Shown here one piece after another: positions 36,707 to 49,959 of a stretch of 64,000 nt of DNA. The notes under the pieces were generated by a model, which was not told the DNA's origin, did no database searches, and saw only the letters and a program-made list of their open reading frames with translations. The translations under genes were made by a program, and so were the position numbers. Numbering within the stretch: the first letter of the stretch is position 1; every line of letters begins with the position of its first letter. Source of the stretch: Camelus dromedarius (taxonomy: Eukaryota); contig NC_087437.1 in NCBI RefSeq assembly GCF_036321535.1, positions 113,400,001 through 113,464,000 of the forward strand. Reading direction: 5' to 3'.

Positions 36707-37650
36707 GGGAAGAAGACTCAAATAGACATTTCTCTAAAGAAGACATGTTGATGGCCAACAAGCACATGAAAAGATCCTCAACATTGCTAATTATTAGAGA
36801 AATGCAAATCAAATTCACAATAAGATATCACCTCACACCTGTCGGAATGGCCATCATCAAAAGTCTACAAATACTAAATTCTGGAGAGGGTATGGAGAAA
36901 AGGGAACTCTCTTACACTGTTAGTGGGAATGTAAATTGGTGCAGCCACTATGGAAAACAGTATAGAAGTTCCTTAAAAAACTAAAAATAAAGCTACCATA
37001 GGATCCAGCATTCCCACTCTTGGACATGTATCTGGAAAGCACAAAAACTCTAATTCGAAAAGATACTCACACCCCTGTATTCACAATAGCACTATTTACA
37101 ATAATCAAACATGGAAACAACCTAAGTGTCCATCAATAGATGATTGGTTTAAGAAGGTGTGCTGTATATATACAATGTAATATTACTCAGCTATAAAAAA
37201 GAATGAAATATTGACATTAGCAGCAACACGGATGGACCTAGAGAATATCATACTAAGTGAAGTAAATCAGACAGATAAAAACACATATTATATGATATCA
37301 CTTACATGTGGAATCTAAAAAAAAACACAAATGAGTCTACATACAAAACAGAAACAGACTCACAGACATAGAAAGCAAACTTATGGTTACCAAAGGGGAA
37401 AGCAGTCAGGGGAGGGATAAATTAGGAGTATGGGATTAAAGGATACACACTACTATACATAAAATAGAAAAACAGTAAGAATTTACTGTATAGCACAGGG
37501 AACAGGATTCAATATCTTGTAATTAACCTATAATGGAAAATAAGCTGAAATGTATATATGTATATGTATGTATAACTGAATCACTTTGCTGTATACCTGA
37601 AATGAACACAATATTGTCAATTAATTATACTTCAAGAAAAAAGTCAAAAA
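36707..37650 (+). mobile_element. 5'-truncated L1 (ORF2 C-terminal part, 3' UTR, A-tail)
   Basis: Translates [46 protein letters not shown] (L1 ORF2). TSD gaacaactttt at 36696-36706 and 37651-37661. Confidence 0.95.
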
Positions 37651-40391
37651 GAACAACTTTTAAACAGGCTACTGATGCCAGTATCTGGCCTAAGAGAAGG
37701 ACAAGAAAGGGAGTAAATAGTGAAGCATCAGAGGTAAGCCAGGTACTGGTCCAGCCATGGTGGTGGAGGGTGGCTGGAGCATCTCGTCAAGGACGTCCCT
37801 CTGCTGCCTCCACCAGCAGAGTGACGAGTCACACAGCAACCTCCCCCCACCAGGCTCATGGGTCCCAGTGTCATCTGGAGAAAGAGGCCAGGTTTTGAGT
37901 ATCTGGTCACCGGGCCACAAGCTGAGCCATCTTGAAGAGGCCACAAAAGTCTCTTAATGTCAGGACCTTCACCAGCAAAATAGGGATCAACAAAAACTCC
38001 TGCCCCGGCACAGAGCTGGGATGCTGCAGTGCACAGGGAGGTTTGCAGCTGGTGCACGCATCACCAGTGAAGGTAGCATGTCGTGATCTCACGGAGCCAC
38101 GAGCACCACCATCCTCGGGTATCAGAATACAGTTGGCACTCCCCTGTTGGGTAGTGGTCTCTGGGGGATGAACTGGTTTCAGAACAGTGAGGCTTAACCC
38201 CTCTTCAAGTTTAAGCCCCCTTAAAAAGCTCTCCCCCAAAATATACACACACACTCGAACACCATGAGCCCCCCCAAAGTGTCTCCAAGGACCCTGGGTA
38301 AGAGGCTCTTCCTCAGAGGCAGGAGAGAAGGAGCGTCCATGGAAACTTCCCAGGGAGGGTCACGTGGGATTCGGCCCCTAAGTCGAGCTGGTGCCTCGGG
38401 GTCCTGCCCACCCTAAGCTGTGGGGCCCTGACCTTTCAAGATTTGGGGGTCAGCTCTGATTTCAAGTCTGTAGCAGTCCCAGTCTGTAGTTGAAAGGTGA
38501 AAAGAACCTTGGAACCATGAGCTGATGACTGCACTGAGTTTTGTTTGGAACAGAGAAGCGAGACGAAGGTGATCCTTTTGTGTTTGCTGATTGTGGTCCA
38601 GCGCCAACTGTGTATGGACTTGAGAACATGGCTCCACGGTTGAACTGACCATATTTCACCTTTTTTTTTTTCACTCATGCAGTCACACAGCTCCCCTAAT
38701 CTCCCGCTGAGAGACATCTAGCCCTTCCCCTGGAATCCGAGAACCAGAATGATTATATCTAAGTTGCAGATAATGATAAAAGAAGGCAAGGACCCTGGGT
38801 TGGAACTCTGGGTCCCAGAGGCGGAGCATGCAGTCAGTTTGCTTCTCTTAAAATCATCACCACTCTCCTTTGCCATTCAGTTGGGACAGGATGTTGGCGG
38901 GGGGACATGTTGGGGACAGGGTGAGAGTTGGGAAGGCTGGGTCCACCCCTTAGCTTTGTGACCTCAGACAAGAGCTTTCCCCTGCCTGGGGCCCAGCTTG
39001 CTCCACTTTAAGGTCGGAGCAAACCTGCTGATCATCGGGTAACAGTCATCACGTGCTTTGAGGACAACTCCAACAGCATCGGAGCACTCAAGGCTTCCTC
39101 TATAGCTGTAAAGCAGCACCACCAGGACAGGCAGATGCCAAGATGACGCTGCCCACCCTGCATCTCCCACCCCTCCCACACAGCCCTCTGAGGAAGAGAC
39201 ACTGTGCCCTCTGGTACATTTCCAGCAGACGTATGCCAAGCAGGGTCACGGCTCCCACCAACGTTCCTGTGCCAGTGGCCTGTTTCCAGCAGTGGGCATG
39301 CCCCAGCGTGAGCCCACAGACCTGGGCAGACTCCAGGTCTTAGGACTGGGGCTGGGAGCCAGGCAGAGCAGCTGGCTGCAGTCCCGAGAGCCCCGATCCC
39401 CCCTTGCAGGACCCTGGAGACATCTACAGTGGCCCTGCTCCCCCCACCATTTTCCCTCTCAGTCCTCCAGCCTCCAAAAAAATGGCAATTCCTGTTGTCA
39501 TTCCATTGTCTGCTGAGACATCTCAGCAAGTCACTTCCTCTCCAGGAGTTCCAGTTTTCTAATTTGAAAAGTGAAGGCCCCAATCACACGGACTTCACAG
39601 AGTAGCTATGTCCACTACAGAAGACCGTTTTTGAGAAAGTGACTCATTAAGAGCTTTACGGACATTCATTATTTTTATGACTGTGGACCACTGTTAAGGC
39701 AACTCCCCAGGAAGGGGAGCAAACAGTGAATGTGGATTCCAGAGTGCCACGCTGGGGAAGGAGGTGGACCGTGCTTCCCCGCGGGTTCGTGCCTGAAAGC
39801 CAGTCTCAGCCCACTGCCCCGCGTCGCAGCCTGGGACCAGCCCTCGGGACCGACACACAGTCGGCACCTGGTGGACACTTAGGCAGGTCCACCACCTTCC
39901 GCAAGCCACGTGTCCTCTCTCGTCTAGTTCTGTCCACGCCCGCGGAGGTGTTCTATGTGAATCTCCACCTTCTGGGGAAGAAACGGGAAAGGAACTTGTC
40001 CCAGTGATACAGCTGGTAGTGGTACAGTAAGAATCAGAGCCCCGGCTGGTGGTCCTTGCCAAGCTCTGAGCCACCACCCATCGGATCTATCGGACGCTGG
40101 AAGTAGCTCAGGGAAAAGTGCACGGGGCCTGCCCTGCTGGCTTGTTCCCTGGGGAGAACACCCAGTGCCGGTTCATCCCCCTGTCGCCTGCCACCCCCTA
40201 CATCCCTGCGGCTTCCAGAAGGGACACACTGAGGGCTCCCGCTCACCGTCCCCTGCATGCTGTGCCTCAGGCAGCAGGTACATCCACCCTCAGCAATTCC
40301 CCCGGGGTCCCACGGCTGAGCCTTCCACCTGGGAGGTCCTGGGTGGCCCTCCAGTTCGGGGAGTCTGGGACAAGTCAGTCACCAGCTGCCT

Positions 40392-40832
40392 TAGTGTGCT
40401 AGGATGACAGTAACACAGGGCCACAAAGGAGGTGGCTGAGCACAACAGAAGTTCATTCTCTCACAGTTCCGGAGGCTTGAGTCTGAAATCAACAAGTAGG
40501 CGGGCTGGTGAGGGAGAATCTGCTCCAGGTCTTTCTCCCCACTTCCGGTGACGGTCAGTAACCTGTGGTGTTTCTTGGTCGTGGTAGCATCACTGTCATC
40601 TCTGCCTCCGTCTTCACATGGCCTTCTCCCTGTGTCTCTGACTGTTTACATGGCATTTTTAAAATAAGGGTACCAGTCATGTTGGGTTAGGGGCCCTCCC
40701 TGCTTGACCTCATCTTAACTAATGACATCTGCAATAACCCTACTTGCAAATAAGGTCATATCTGAGGTTCTGGGGGTTAGGACTGCAACATAGCTTCTTT
40801 TTTGGGGGGAGGACACAGTGCAACTCATAACA
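40392..40832 (-). mobile_element. MaLR solo LTR (MLT1-like)
   Basis: aacagaagttcattctctcacagttccggaggc...gacctcatcttaactaatgacatctgcaataaccctacttgcaaataaggtca...caactcataaca. Confidence 0.85.
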
Positions 40833-41151
40833 TCAGTTTGGAGTAAAAATAGCTGAGTGTGTGAGTAACTTGCATCTTGTCTAAATCTCCCTGGACTGGG
40901 CCAGTTTGCAGTGTTGTTGCAAAGTTACTCTGGCCTCAAATATCCAGAAGGGGCTGGAGAAGGAGCAGCAGATGGGGAACTGAGGGGCATGACCTGTGTC
41001 ACCTGGGGAGCTGCAACCTGACAGGTGAGGCTTTCTCTGAGGATGGTCGTTGGACTTCTTACATCAGGACCACTTTGGGGGGTCGTGGTGGTGGGGGTGG
41101 GGCCTTGTTAAAAACATAGGTGAGAACAAGGAATCTGTTTTTCTTAGCAGG

Positions 41152-41635
41152 TGTCATGGGTTAAATTGTGTTCATCAAAAAACAAAAACAAAAACGACAA
41201 AGACCTATTCCCTGGCACCTCTGAATGTGACCCTATTTGGAAATTGGTTGCTGCAGACGTAATTGGTTAAGATGAGGTCACGCTAGGGTAAGAGGGGCCC
41301 TAACGTGGTGTGACGGCTCCCTACGAGAAGAGGAGAGGAGACACAAAGACACTCACAGAGACGATGGCTGTGTAGAAACCAAGAGATGCAGGGAGAAGGC
41401 CACGTGACAACAGAGGCAGAGACTGGAGTGATGTACTACAAGCCAAGGGGCACCACGGAGTGCCAGCTGCTCCCAGAAGACAGGAAGAGGCAAGGACGGA
41501 TTCTACCCACACAGAGTCTCAGAGGAAACCAGCCCTACTGACACTTTGATCGTGGACTTCTGGCCTCCAGGACGGTAAGAAAACACATTTCTGCTATCGT
41601 GAGCCACGAAGTTTGTGTTACTTCCTGACTACTGC
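41152..41635 (+). mobile_element. MaLR solo LTR (MLT1C-like)
   Basis: tgtcatgggttaaattgtg...tgtgaccctatttggaaat...gttaagatgaggtca...ggacttctggcctccagga. Confidence 0.85.
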
Positions 41636-42864
41636 TCCCTAGGGGATGAATGCAGAAGCCACCCACTTCCCAGGTGACTCCTGTGCCCAAATAAGGGAAA
41701 ATCATTGAGCCGAAGAATGTCTTGCATCTCCCAGCCCGGACGCTGTGCGGCTGCGATGGTTGCTCTTAGGTCTGGTCCTGACACCAGGGCTCTCCAGAAA
41801 AGGGGAAAAGCCAAGGAGAAGCTTCTGAGGAAGGTATTCATAACCTCGTCCCCACTTTGCAGATGGGAAGTGAGGGAATTTGCCTGAAGGGTCACGGCTG
41901 GTGAGCCCCAACTACGGCTTCCTACTTGGGTCTGGGACGCTCCGTTCTCCGCTATGCCTGTCACTTCCAGGCCTGCTGTCGTCTCTCGGTCTGATCTGGA
42001 CAATTCAGCAAACGCCACGAGCACCGACCACTGCGGTGGGTCCCCAAGAGGCAGAAGCCGACCTCACCACCATTGGCTCACGCCGCAGTGCCTCCTGGCC
42101 AGCCTTTCGGGCATCTGGCTCTGCTGTCACCTTCAAACGCCCAACAAGTGACACATTCCCCAAACCTCGCTCTCCTTCTGAAGCCCTGAGGAGATGTAAG
42201 AAGCAGCCCCAACTGGGGGCCCCGGGAGAGACGCCCGCATCTATCCCGCTGAGGATGCGGACCCCTCCAGGCTGGCGGCTCGCCCAGTGCAGCCAGGGAA
42301 GCGGCCGGTTCCGACGTGCCCGAGTCCTCGAGGAGCTGGAGAGGCTGCGGACTCTGCATATGTCCCCAGAAGTGCTCCAGACTCATCTTCCTGCGGGAGG
42401 GGGCAGTGGCTGTGAGTCACACAGGGGGCGCTCGGGGCGATCTTGGCATCTATCAGGTCATGCTCCGGCTGACCAGCTGCCGATGACTGACAGCTCCAGG
42501 GCCGTGGTCCTCTGCCTGCCGCCCTCCCCTGGTCCGTTCAGGGGCCTTAACTATCTGCAGAACCTTGTGTCAGCCTTAGGTGTGTTTCTCTTCCCTGCTA
42601 GCCAGTTTGATTTTTCTCTGGACCTGACCTCCCTTCAGGAAAACTGTGACAATTAGCGCATGTCAGCGAGCACAGGCCAGAGCTCTCCCCAAAAGCACTG
42701 CTTCAAAAGCTCTCGGGTTCACTGCTTCCTCTTTTAGGTCTCAGTAAAGCCAGGCCCCTGCTGCAGCCCCCAGTAGCTTCCCTTCCACTTCACAAGAGCT
42801 CACAAGCTCCAGGCTTTCAAATCTTTTATATAGATGGGCTAATGCAGTCCTGCAACTATTGAGT

Positions 42865-42975
42865 TATGCTTCCCATTTTACAGATGCACAAAACAAAGAG
42901 GCACAGAGATGTTAAGTAACTTATTCAAGGTCACACAGCTAGTGATTTTCAAAAACTGGACTCTGAGCCAGGTGA
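42865..42975 (-). mobile_element. MIR fragment
   Basis: cccattttacagatg...gaggcacagagatgttaagtaacttattcaaggtcacacagctagt. Confidence 0.8.
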
Positions 42976-43044
42976 TATTGAGAGCTCATAGTCAAAATTT
43001 CACATGGCAGCTTGAATGCCTGAGATGTGTGGGTATAAATGTGG

Positions 43045-43197
43045 GGAGACAGATGACAGAGAGAGAGAGAAAACAGGCAGATAACAGAGAGGTAGGTAGG
43101 TAGATGGCAGATGACATAGGTAAATGACAGATAATACAGAAAGACTGATGGAAAGAAAGATAGAAATGTAGATAACTAGATGGATGGATGGATAGAT
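43045..43197. repeat. Degenerate (GATA/GGAT/GA)n low-complexity repeat
   Basis: Read directly. Confidence 0.75.
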
Positions 43198-44743
43198 ACT
43201 CCGTAGGCGTAAAAGGCTGGTAACTTCCACAGAAGATAGATATAATTTGCTGTTATCACATGTTTTTTTCTAATCAATCTTTGAAAATTCCACCCCACAC
43301 AGGCACCCAGCTTCATGATGTCCATCTTCCACAGGCCGAAATAAATGCTCAGAAGAATCAAGTTCCTTACGCAGAGGCTGCGTGCTGACCTACCCCCAAG
43401 AGCCCCCATGCTGGGGCTTCCTGTGGCCCTGAGTCCGGGGCTGGCGTGGGCAGCGGGGCCTTGAGCTTCCCCTTAGAAGTGAGCCTGAGGCAGGCAGACA
43501 CGAGCAGCTCTCAAGATGCCACCTCGAGTCCTCAGGACACTGGACGTTGGGGATGAGACCTCCCCCCAGGAGCCTGTGGGCTACAGCCAAACACGCTGTC
43601 CATCTCTGAGGGGCATGTGGGGACCTGGAGCCTCTCTGGGGCCAAATCTCCACTTGCCCACCCTGGGGCCTGCAGCCCGGGAGGGTGTCCAGGTGGGTGA
43701 GGGGCTGTGCAGGGGGGCCTCGCCCTGGGAGGCTGGTCTGGGGCCAGGCCCACGGGCTCAGTGGCATCCCCCCCATCTACGGTGAGAGCTCAGCTAAGTC
43801 ACCTAACCTTGTGCGCCTCAGTTTCCTCACCTGTAAAAGGAGGACCTTACCAGTAACCAGGAGGTCACAGAGCGGTTATGGGGTAAAGGATTTCCTATCT
43901 GAAAGGCGCTGGTCGGCATCACTCACCAAGGGGTGGAAGCTGACCTTTGGCCCCGTATGACAATGGCTTGGCCATGGCAGCTGCTGCTGGTACATCAGGC
44001 CCTGGATTTGTCTTGGCTTGATTTGTTTCCATTTTCAATTTAAAATTACGTTTGGATAGACTTCAGTCTGCCTGGGTCTGCTCCCTGGGCCGTGGCCAGT
44101 GGCTCTGAGTAACTGCAGACAGGGTGGGGTCACCGGGATGGGTTACTGGATTTTTCACCCCGCTGCGGTTTCGGGCAGCCTGCTCCGTGACGGGCAGCTA
44201 TGTTGTCTGAAGCCTGGACTTTCCGGGAGAGCATTTGGGTCACTTGGGGAGTCGGTTGGAAAGGCTTGCTCTTGGACAGTGTCAGACCTGTGCTGAGAGC
44301 TGCCTTCTTTTGACCTATAGCCCCTTGGCCAATCAAAGTCTGGGTGACACTCAGCTCCGACGGCTGTTGCTTCATTGTGATGCCACTGGGATTGCTGTTT
44401 CCATCCAGAAGGCTTTGTCTGCTTCCTGGTAATCATCTCTATGCTTCTCTGGCCATAACCCCCTTCTCCAGACCCCCAACATGTCACCCACCTGAGCTCT
44501 GGGGGATGCAGAGAAGGGGAGCCCCAGCCAGCCATGTCCCTGCCTTAATCACAGGTCCTGTTGACCCCAACCCCGAGATCCCTTCCACTGGTGGGAATTC
44601 AGTCACCTGGCTGCTCTCCAACTGTCCCAGAGGGTGTTGACCAGGACCTGTCCCTCCATGGCCTCGGGAACCACTGCAGGTTGTCCCCAGCCCAATACCT
44701 AGGACATCAGGCCAGACTGAACATGAAAAATTCTCTGAATCTA

Positions 44744-44856
44744 GCAGCACTATTCACGATAGCCAAGACATGGGAGCAACTTAGTTGTCCACTGACAGAT
44801 GACTGGATAAGGAGGTTGTGGGGTATATATACCCCACTGCATTGTGTGTGTGTATA

Positions 44857-44902
<46 letters not shown>

Positions 44903-45363
44903 GAATACTACTCAGCCATAAAAAGGGTAAAATAATGCCATTTACATCAACATGGATGGACCTGGAGACCGTCATACTAACTGAAGTAAGCCAGATGAAG
45001 ATGTCACTTCTATGTGGAATCTAGAACCATGACACAAATGAAAATATTTATAAAACAGAAACAGACTCACAGATATAGAAAACAAACTTATGGTTACCAG
45101 TCGGGGAAGGGGTGGGGAAGGATAAATGGGGAGTTTGGGATTTGCAGATACTAATTACTATGTATGAAACAGATAAACAACAAAGTCCCACTGTACAGCA
45201 CAGGGAACTATATTCAATACGTTGTAATAGCCTAGAATGAAAAAGAATATGAAAAGGAATATATATATGTACAACTGAATCACTATTCTGTACACCAAAA
45301 ATTAACACAACTTTGTAAGTCAACTATACTTCAAAAAAAAATTTAAAAAAAAAAACAGAAAAG
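44744..45363 (+). mobile_element. 5'-truncated L1 with internal microsatellite/inversion
   Basis: Translates AALFTIAKTWEQLSCPLTDDWIRRLW (ORF2 C-terminus), then 3' UTR and A-tail. TSD aaaattct(c/g)tgaatcta at 44727-44743 and 45364-45380. Confidence 0.93.
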
Positions 45364-48184
45364 AAAATTCTGTGAATCTAATACTTGAATGAAGAGAGTT
45401 TAGCTTGGGGCACACAGTTTGTGCATTCCTCTGTGTGTGTGTGTGTCCAGGGAGGGGGAGCTTTTTATTTATTAAAAAAATTTTATCTAGGGCAAGAAGT
45501 CCCTAGATATATCAGCCCAGAGCCCTAAATCATGAGAGGCCAGACAGACTTCAAAACATACAGAGACCAAAGACTCCTCATGGGCTAAGCCAGTCACTGG
45601 TCTTCTAGTGGACTGAGCTGCCAGCAACCCCCTGAGATGACTGGGTTATGATCGGGGCCCTTTGCTGAGCACCTTCTGAGGCTTTAAACCATGCTGGGCT
45701 GTTGGCATCAGATGCAAACTCTGCAAAAAGTCACCAGACAATTGATCCCATTGGCAGCAAGCCTAGAATTATAATCACTTCTTGACTTCTTCAAAGCCTT
45801 CTTGCTTTGGGTTTTCCAAATCGAAAATAAGTATCAAGGGCAATTACCTCCCCTTAGTCCTCTGATGTGTGGAGCAGGTTCTCAGCCATCAATTCAAGAT
45901 CCCTCTCGTTTCATTGGGAAGGTGCTGGCCCATGGAACTTGTTAACCCAGTATTAACACAGTCTGTATAGATTTTGAATTAAAAAGGGGAGGAGTTATTG
46001 TGCTCTGGGTTAATATTTTCCCATCTTTAAAAAGTCTTGAGCATGCCAGATACTCCTAAGCAGAAAACGGCTGTTTTCTTCCCATTACTGGGTGTATTGT
46101 GTTCCATTCGCTTGCTATCCCCAGTACATCCTCAAGGGGGCAGCAAACCACAACGTCTGGCGGCGTTTCCAGGGCAGCCCCTGACCCCGCAGAGCTGATG
46201 AGGAACTTGCATGGGAGATGGATACAGGATTGCTGGTTGCCTTCTCAGGCGTCTCTCTGGGCTCAACAGAAAAGCACGTCTCCTGGAGGGAAACCCAGAG
46301 CTTCCCCTAGTCTCATTTTTAGAGAGCTGCGAACATGACCAGACCTATTAATTACTTAATTGAGGTTCTGGGCTTTGAAGATGAAAAAGCTGTGTAAGTG
46401 GCGAGTTCTGCTGTCTTCAGCCTGAGGAGCTCTTTATCAGGGCCCTTCTGAGTGTCTCTGTCAAGTTACCAGAAAAGGTCACTCTGGTGACATTCTCTGG
46501 TGACACAGACAACCCACCCCACCCCTGTGGGTCAAGGAAGTGTCTCCTCGGTGAAGCCACTTAACAAATACTTCCTTGAGCTCAAGCCACACCGAACTGC
46601 CCACAGAGTCCCAGAAAAGGACTTAGACACACTTGGCGTGTGTCCCCGTGGTGGCTGAGAAGCTGCAGGGTGGGGGTGGGGGGGTGCTGGCTCAGGAGTG
46701 ACTCTGCGAGGCTGAGACAAACTGGCATGGGAGCCCTGGTGGCTTTGTGGCCCTGCCCTGGCCATCACCCAGGGGAAGGGGAGGGGGGGTGGGTGGTAAG
46801 AAGAGGAGGAGGGGGTTGCCTGCACAGGTGGAACAGAGTCACAGGTGAGAGTGGAAACGCTCGAACATGGAGCTGATGCTTAATTTACTTTCTCATTTGA
46901 CATTCTCTCACGTGAGTCTCTGGAAGGCTCCGTGAAGTCGAGGATGTCGGAGGAGAGGTGCTGGCAGGAAGTGAGCACCTGGGGGCAGAGCCTCTTCCTT
47001 GAACGCCCTGGTGTCCCCCTTCCTCCTGTCCACCCTCCCTCCAATTAGATGGAAATGCTGTTGTGGTTAGAAAGGCAAAATCCTAAAGGCAACTATCTCC
47101 GAATTATGGCCTCAGCTAAGATGGGAGCCTTCGTGGGGACAGAATTAAAAATTAATTCCTATAAAGTGGGGCGTTTGACACACTCTGCTGCTCTTAGTAA
47201 TTCTTGTAGAGGTTGTAAGTAGTTCTTTGCGTCCAGACCGAAGGGCAAGAGAAAACACCAAAGAAACTTAAAAAGTCCAGACTCACTGCAAAGGGGGTCC
47301 GGGGAGAGAGCCCCAGCTCCAGTGTGAGGTCCTTCCCTGCGCTGGGCTTCAGACGTTCACCATCGCACACCAGAACTCACACGTTCAGCCGCGGTGGTCT
47401 ACCATCTCGTGGATTTTCAGCTGGACCACTAGTTGTCAAGGTTACTGGCAGGAACTGTGGAGACTTCCTTTGCAATCATTTTTGGAGTGATGATTTCATC
47501 CCATGATGTGGCTGCTTCTGTCTAAACGAGGGTTGTGTGCTCATCATATTTCTCATTATGAAGAGAGTGAAGAACAGAGGTGACCAAGCTTGCCGACGTC
47601 ATTGGGCAGTGAGTGGCTGAGACCCCCTTGGTGGTCATCTGTGAGTCCTCAGCTCTGTCGGCGACCCGGCACTCTTGCCTCCTCCCTGCCGGCGCCCTCA
47701 GCTCCCGCCAGACCGCGCTGCGTGCTGTCCCCTGCCCCTGGCTTGGGTTCCGGGCTCTAGCTCAGCCCTGCGAAGAGTAGGGCTAAATGGCCATTGGAGA
47801 CAAGGCTGTAATTAATCTTTTCCAAATCATCTTCCTCTCATGCCCAAGACACCTGTTTTCCCACTTTTGTGAAGTGATTCCCGAACTAACGGTGAAAGAC
47901 GTCTCTGCTCTGTTCATCCCAAGCACTTTGTGCCCAACACAGGTAAGTAGGTCATTTGACCCTCATGTTGTTTTTTTGAATAACAATCATACCCACCAGA
48001 GATGTCATGATGATAAAAGCTGGAAATGTGAATTATTAAAATGTGGTAGTTAAAATTTAAACATTTTTGAAACTAAAAGTTTAAAAATCCAAAAAAGAAA
48101 TTAAGATGGAACACAGAACAGTAGGAGTTTTGGAAAAATAAAGTTCTTGGGAGCAAAACACACATATATACACTCTCATAGAAC

Positions 48185-48243
48185 CACACACACACACAGG
48201 CGCGCGCGCGCGCGCACACACACACACACACGCACACACACAC
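48185..48243. repeat. Compound (CA)n-(GC)8-(CA)n microsatellite
   Basis: gcgcgcgcgcgcgcgc at 48200-48215, flanked by CA repeats. Confidence 0.95.
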
Positions 48244-49959
48244 TTTCTTGTCCTGGGAACTGCAGGGTCTGGGGCGCTGCCTGGGACTGGTCATCAGACA
48301 ACCCTAGCTCTGACCAGGGTACTGGCCACTGAATCCTTTGCAGTTGTGGAATCCTCCACTGTCTCCAGTTTCCTAGACCCTGTGTGGCAGGTTTTCTTCC
48401 TCTCAGTGGGGCTGGTGGCCACTCAGCCCATCCCTGCCATCACCCCTCCAATCACAGCCTCCCCGCGGGCCCCTCCTCTATTCTGATCTCCTCCTTTGCC
48501 CCTCCCTACCGGACCCTCTCCCCTAAAACCAATCCCCCAAATCACTGCTGGATTCATCTTGAAACACTAATGTCAACGTGTCATTACTCCAAAGCCCACA
48601 GTAAAGAAATGCATTTTAGAGTGTGACCCCCACATATGTAAGTATGTGCACATATACATGCTTGTATGTATCTGTGTACACACACCCACAAGTAAAAAAC
48701 TCAAGGCAAGATTCATGAAATGTGGATTTCCTATGTGACATCCTCACTGGCATCTTTCATTCCGTTCCATTCTGTTTTATTCTATTACTTTCCATTTTAT
48801 TTGATTCCATTTCATTAAAACTAGTGCCACTGGAGCCCCAATACCTTTACTTCATGACTCCTCAGTGGGTTGTCTCCACATTTTGACTCAAAGGGAGAGT
48901 TTAAAAATTTTAGCCTTGTTTTTAAGGCTTTTCCCAACCCACCAGCTCCAGGCTCCCCACTCCTGCCACCCTGCCTACCCGTCATCCTTCCAGCTCTTTT
49001 TTTTACAGGACTCTGTGTAGGAACTCCCAGTTTTGTTTCCCCAAACTGGGTCACTCTCAGTCGGTCCTGAGTGCTCTTTTCTGCCTGTCCCGGCGCAAGC
49101 CCCTTTCTTCTTCATCCTGCTGGTCCTGTGGACCCAGTTCAGTGCCTGCCTCCTTCCCAAAGTGTTCCTGACGAGGAAGCCTCTGTCTTATTTTCTGCCC
49201 CATACATCTGGCAGCTAGATCAAGAGGGGCTCTGTTTTTCCTAATGCTTAATTCAGGAACAACCCATCACATCTAGGTTTGTTCCCCAGTTCAAACCATC
49301 AACAAATTCTTGGCCAGGAGCAGGATGCTTAGCACTTTAGTGAGTTCCTGGTGGCCCAGAACACCCACCCCTCCTTCCCCAGAGGCCTTACCCTCAGGCT
49401 GCCAGTGCTAGTGGTGAGGAAATCAGAATGTTTTGGTAACAAGTTGGAACCAGAAACCAATTTTCCTGCTGAGGTAAACAGCGGTATATAGGCAGGTGCA
49501 CCTGAAAAGCTGTTTTGAGAGCTGTGCTTAAATACATCATGGTTATATCTGCTTTTATGAGTGAATCAAACCACCTGCCCTCCACTCAGAGCATCATTTT
49601 TACAGGAAAGTGCATTACATCACGTACATGTTCTAAACCACTGAACTACAAACAACTTTTGGAATCGTGCCTGTCCTTGGGTGGAGCACCTCCTTTACCT
49701 GTCTCACCACCTTGCCATGCGAGTACGTCTTACTTCCCTAACTCAATGCTAAGCTTAGAGCACAGAGCTGTGTCCCCAGCCTCTCTCCATTTGCTCCCGG
49801 GCTGAGCAGGGTGCCGTCTCTCCCAGTAACTACTTGTCAATGACACCTCATTCTCCCGGCCTCCTCCGGGCCACAGTGACCTCAGCTCTGTCTTCATCCT
49901 GGTTTGTCCCCGAGTAAGTGGGTCCCCTCTGCCGTTTGGAAAATCTTAAGAGATTCTTA

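Noticed and set aside
36631..36984. ORFs with real protein similarity (also 8314-8568, 44561-44935, 63704-63922)
   Set aside because: Fragments of L1 ORF2 in truncated, disrupted copies.
41880..42656. Longest ORF (258 aa)
   Set aside because: Non-ATG start, P/S/R/A-rich composition typical of a chance ORF in GC-rich DNA, and no recognisable domain.
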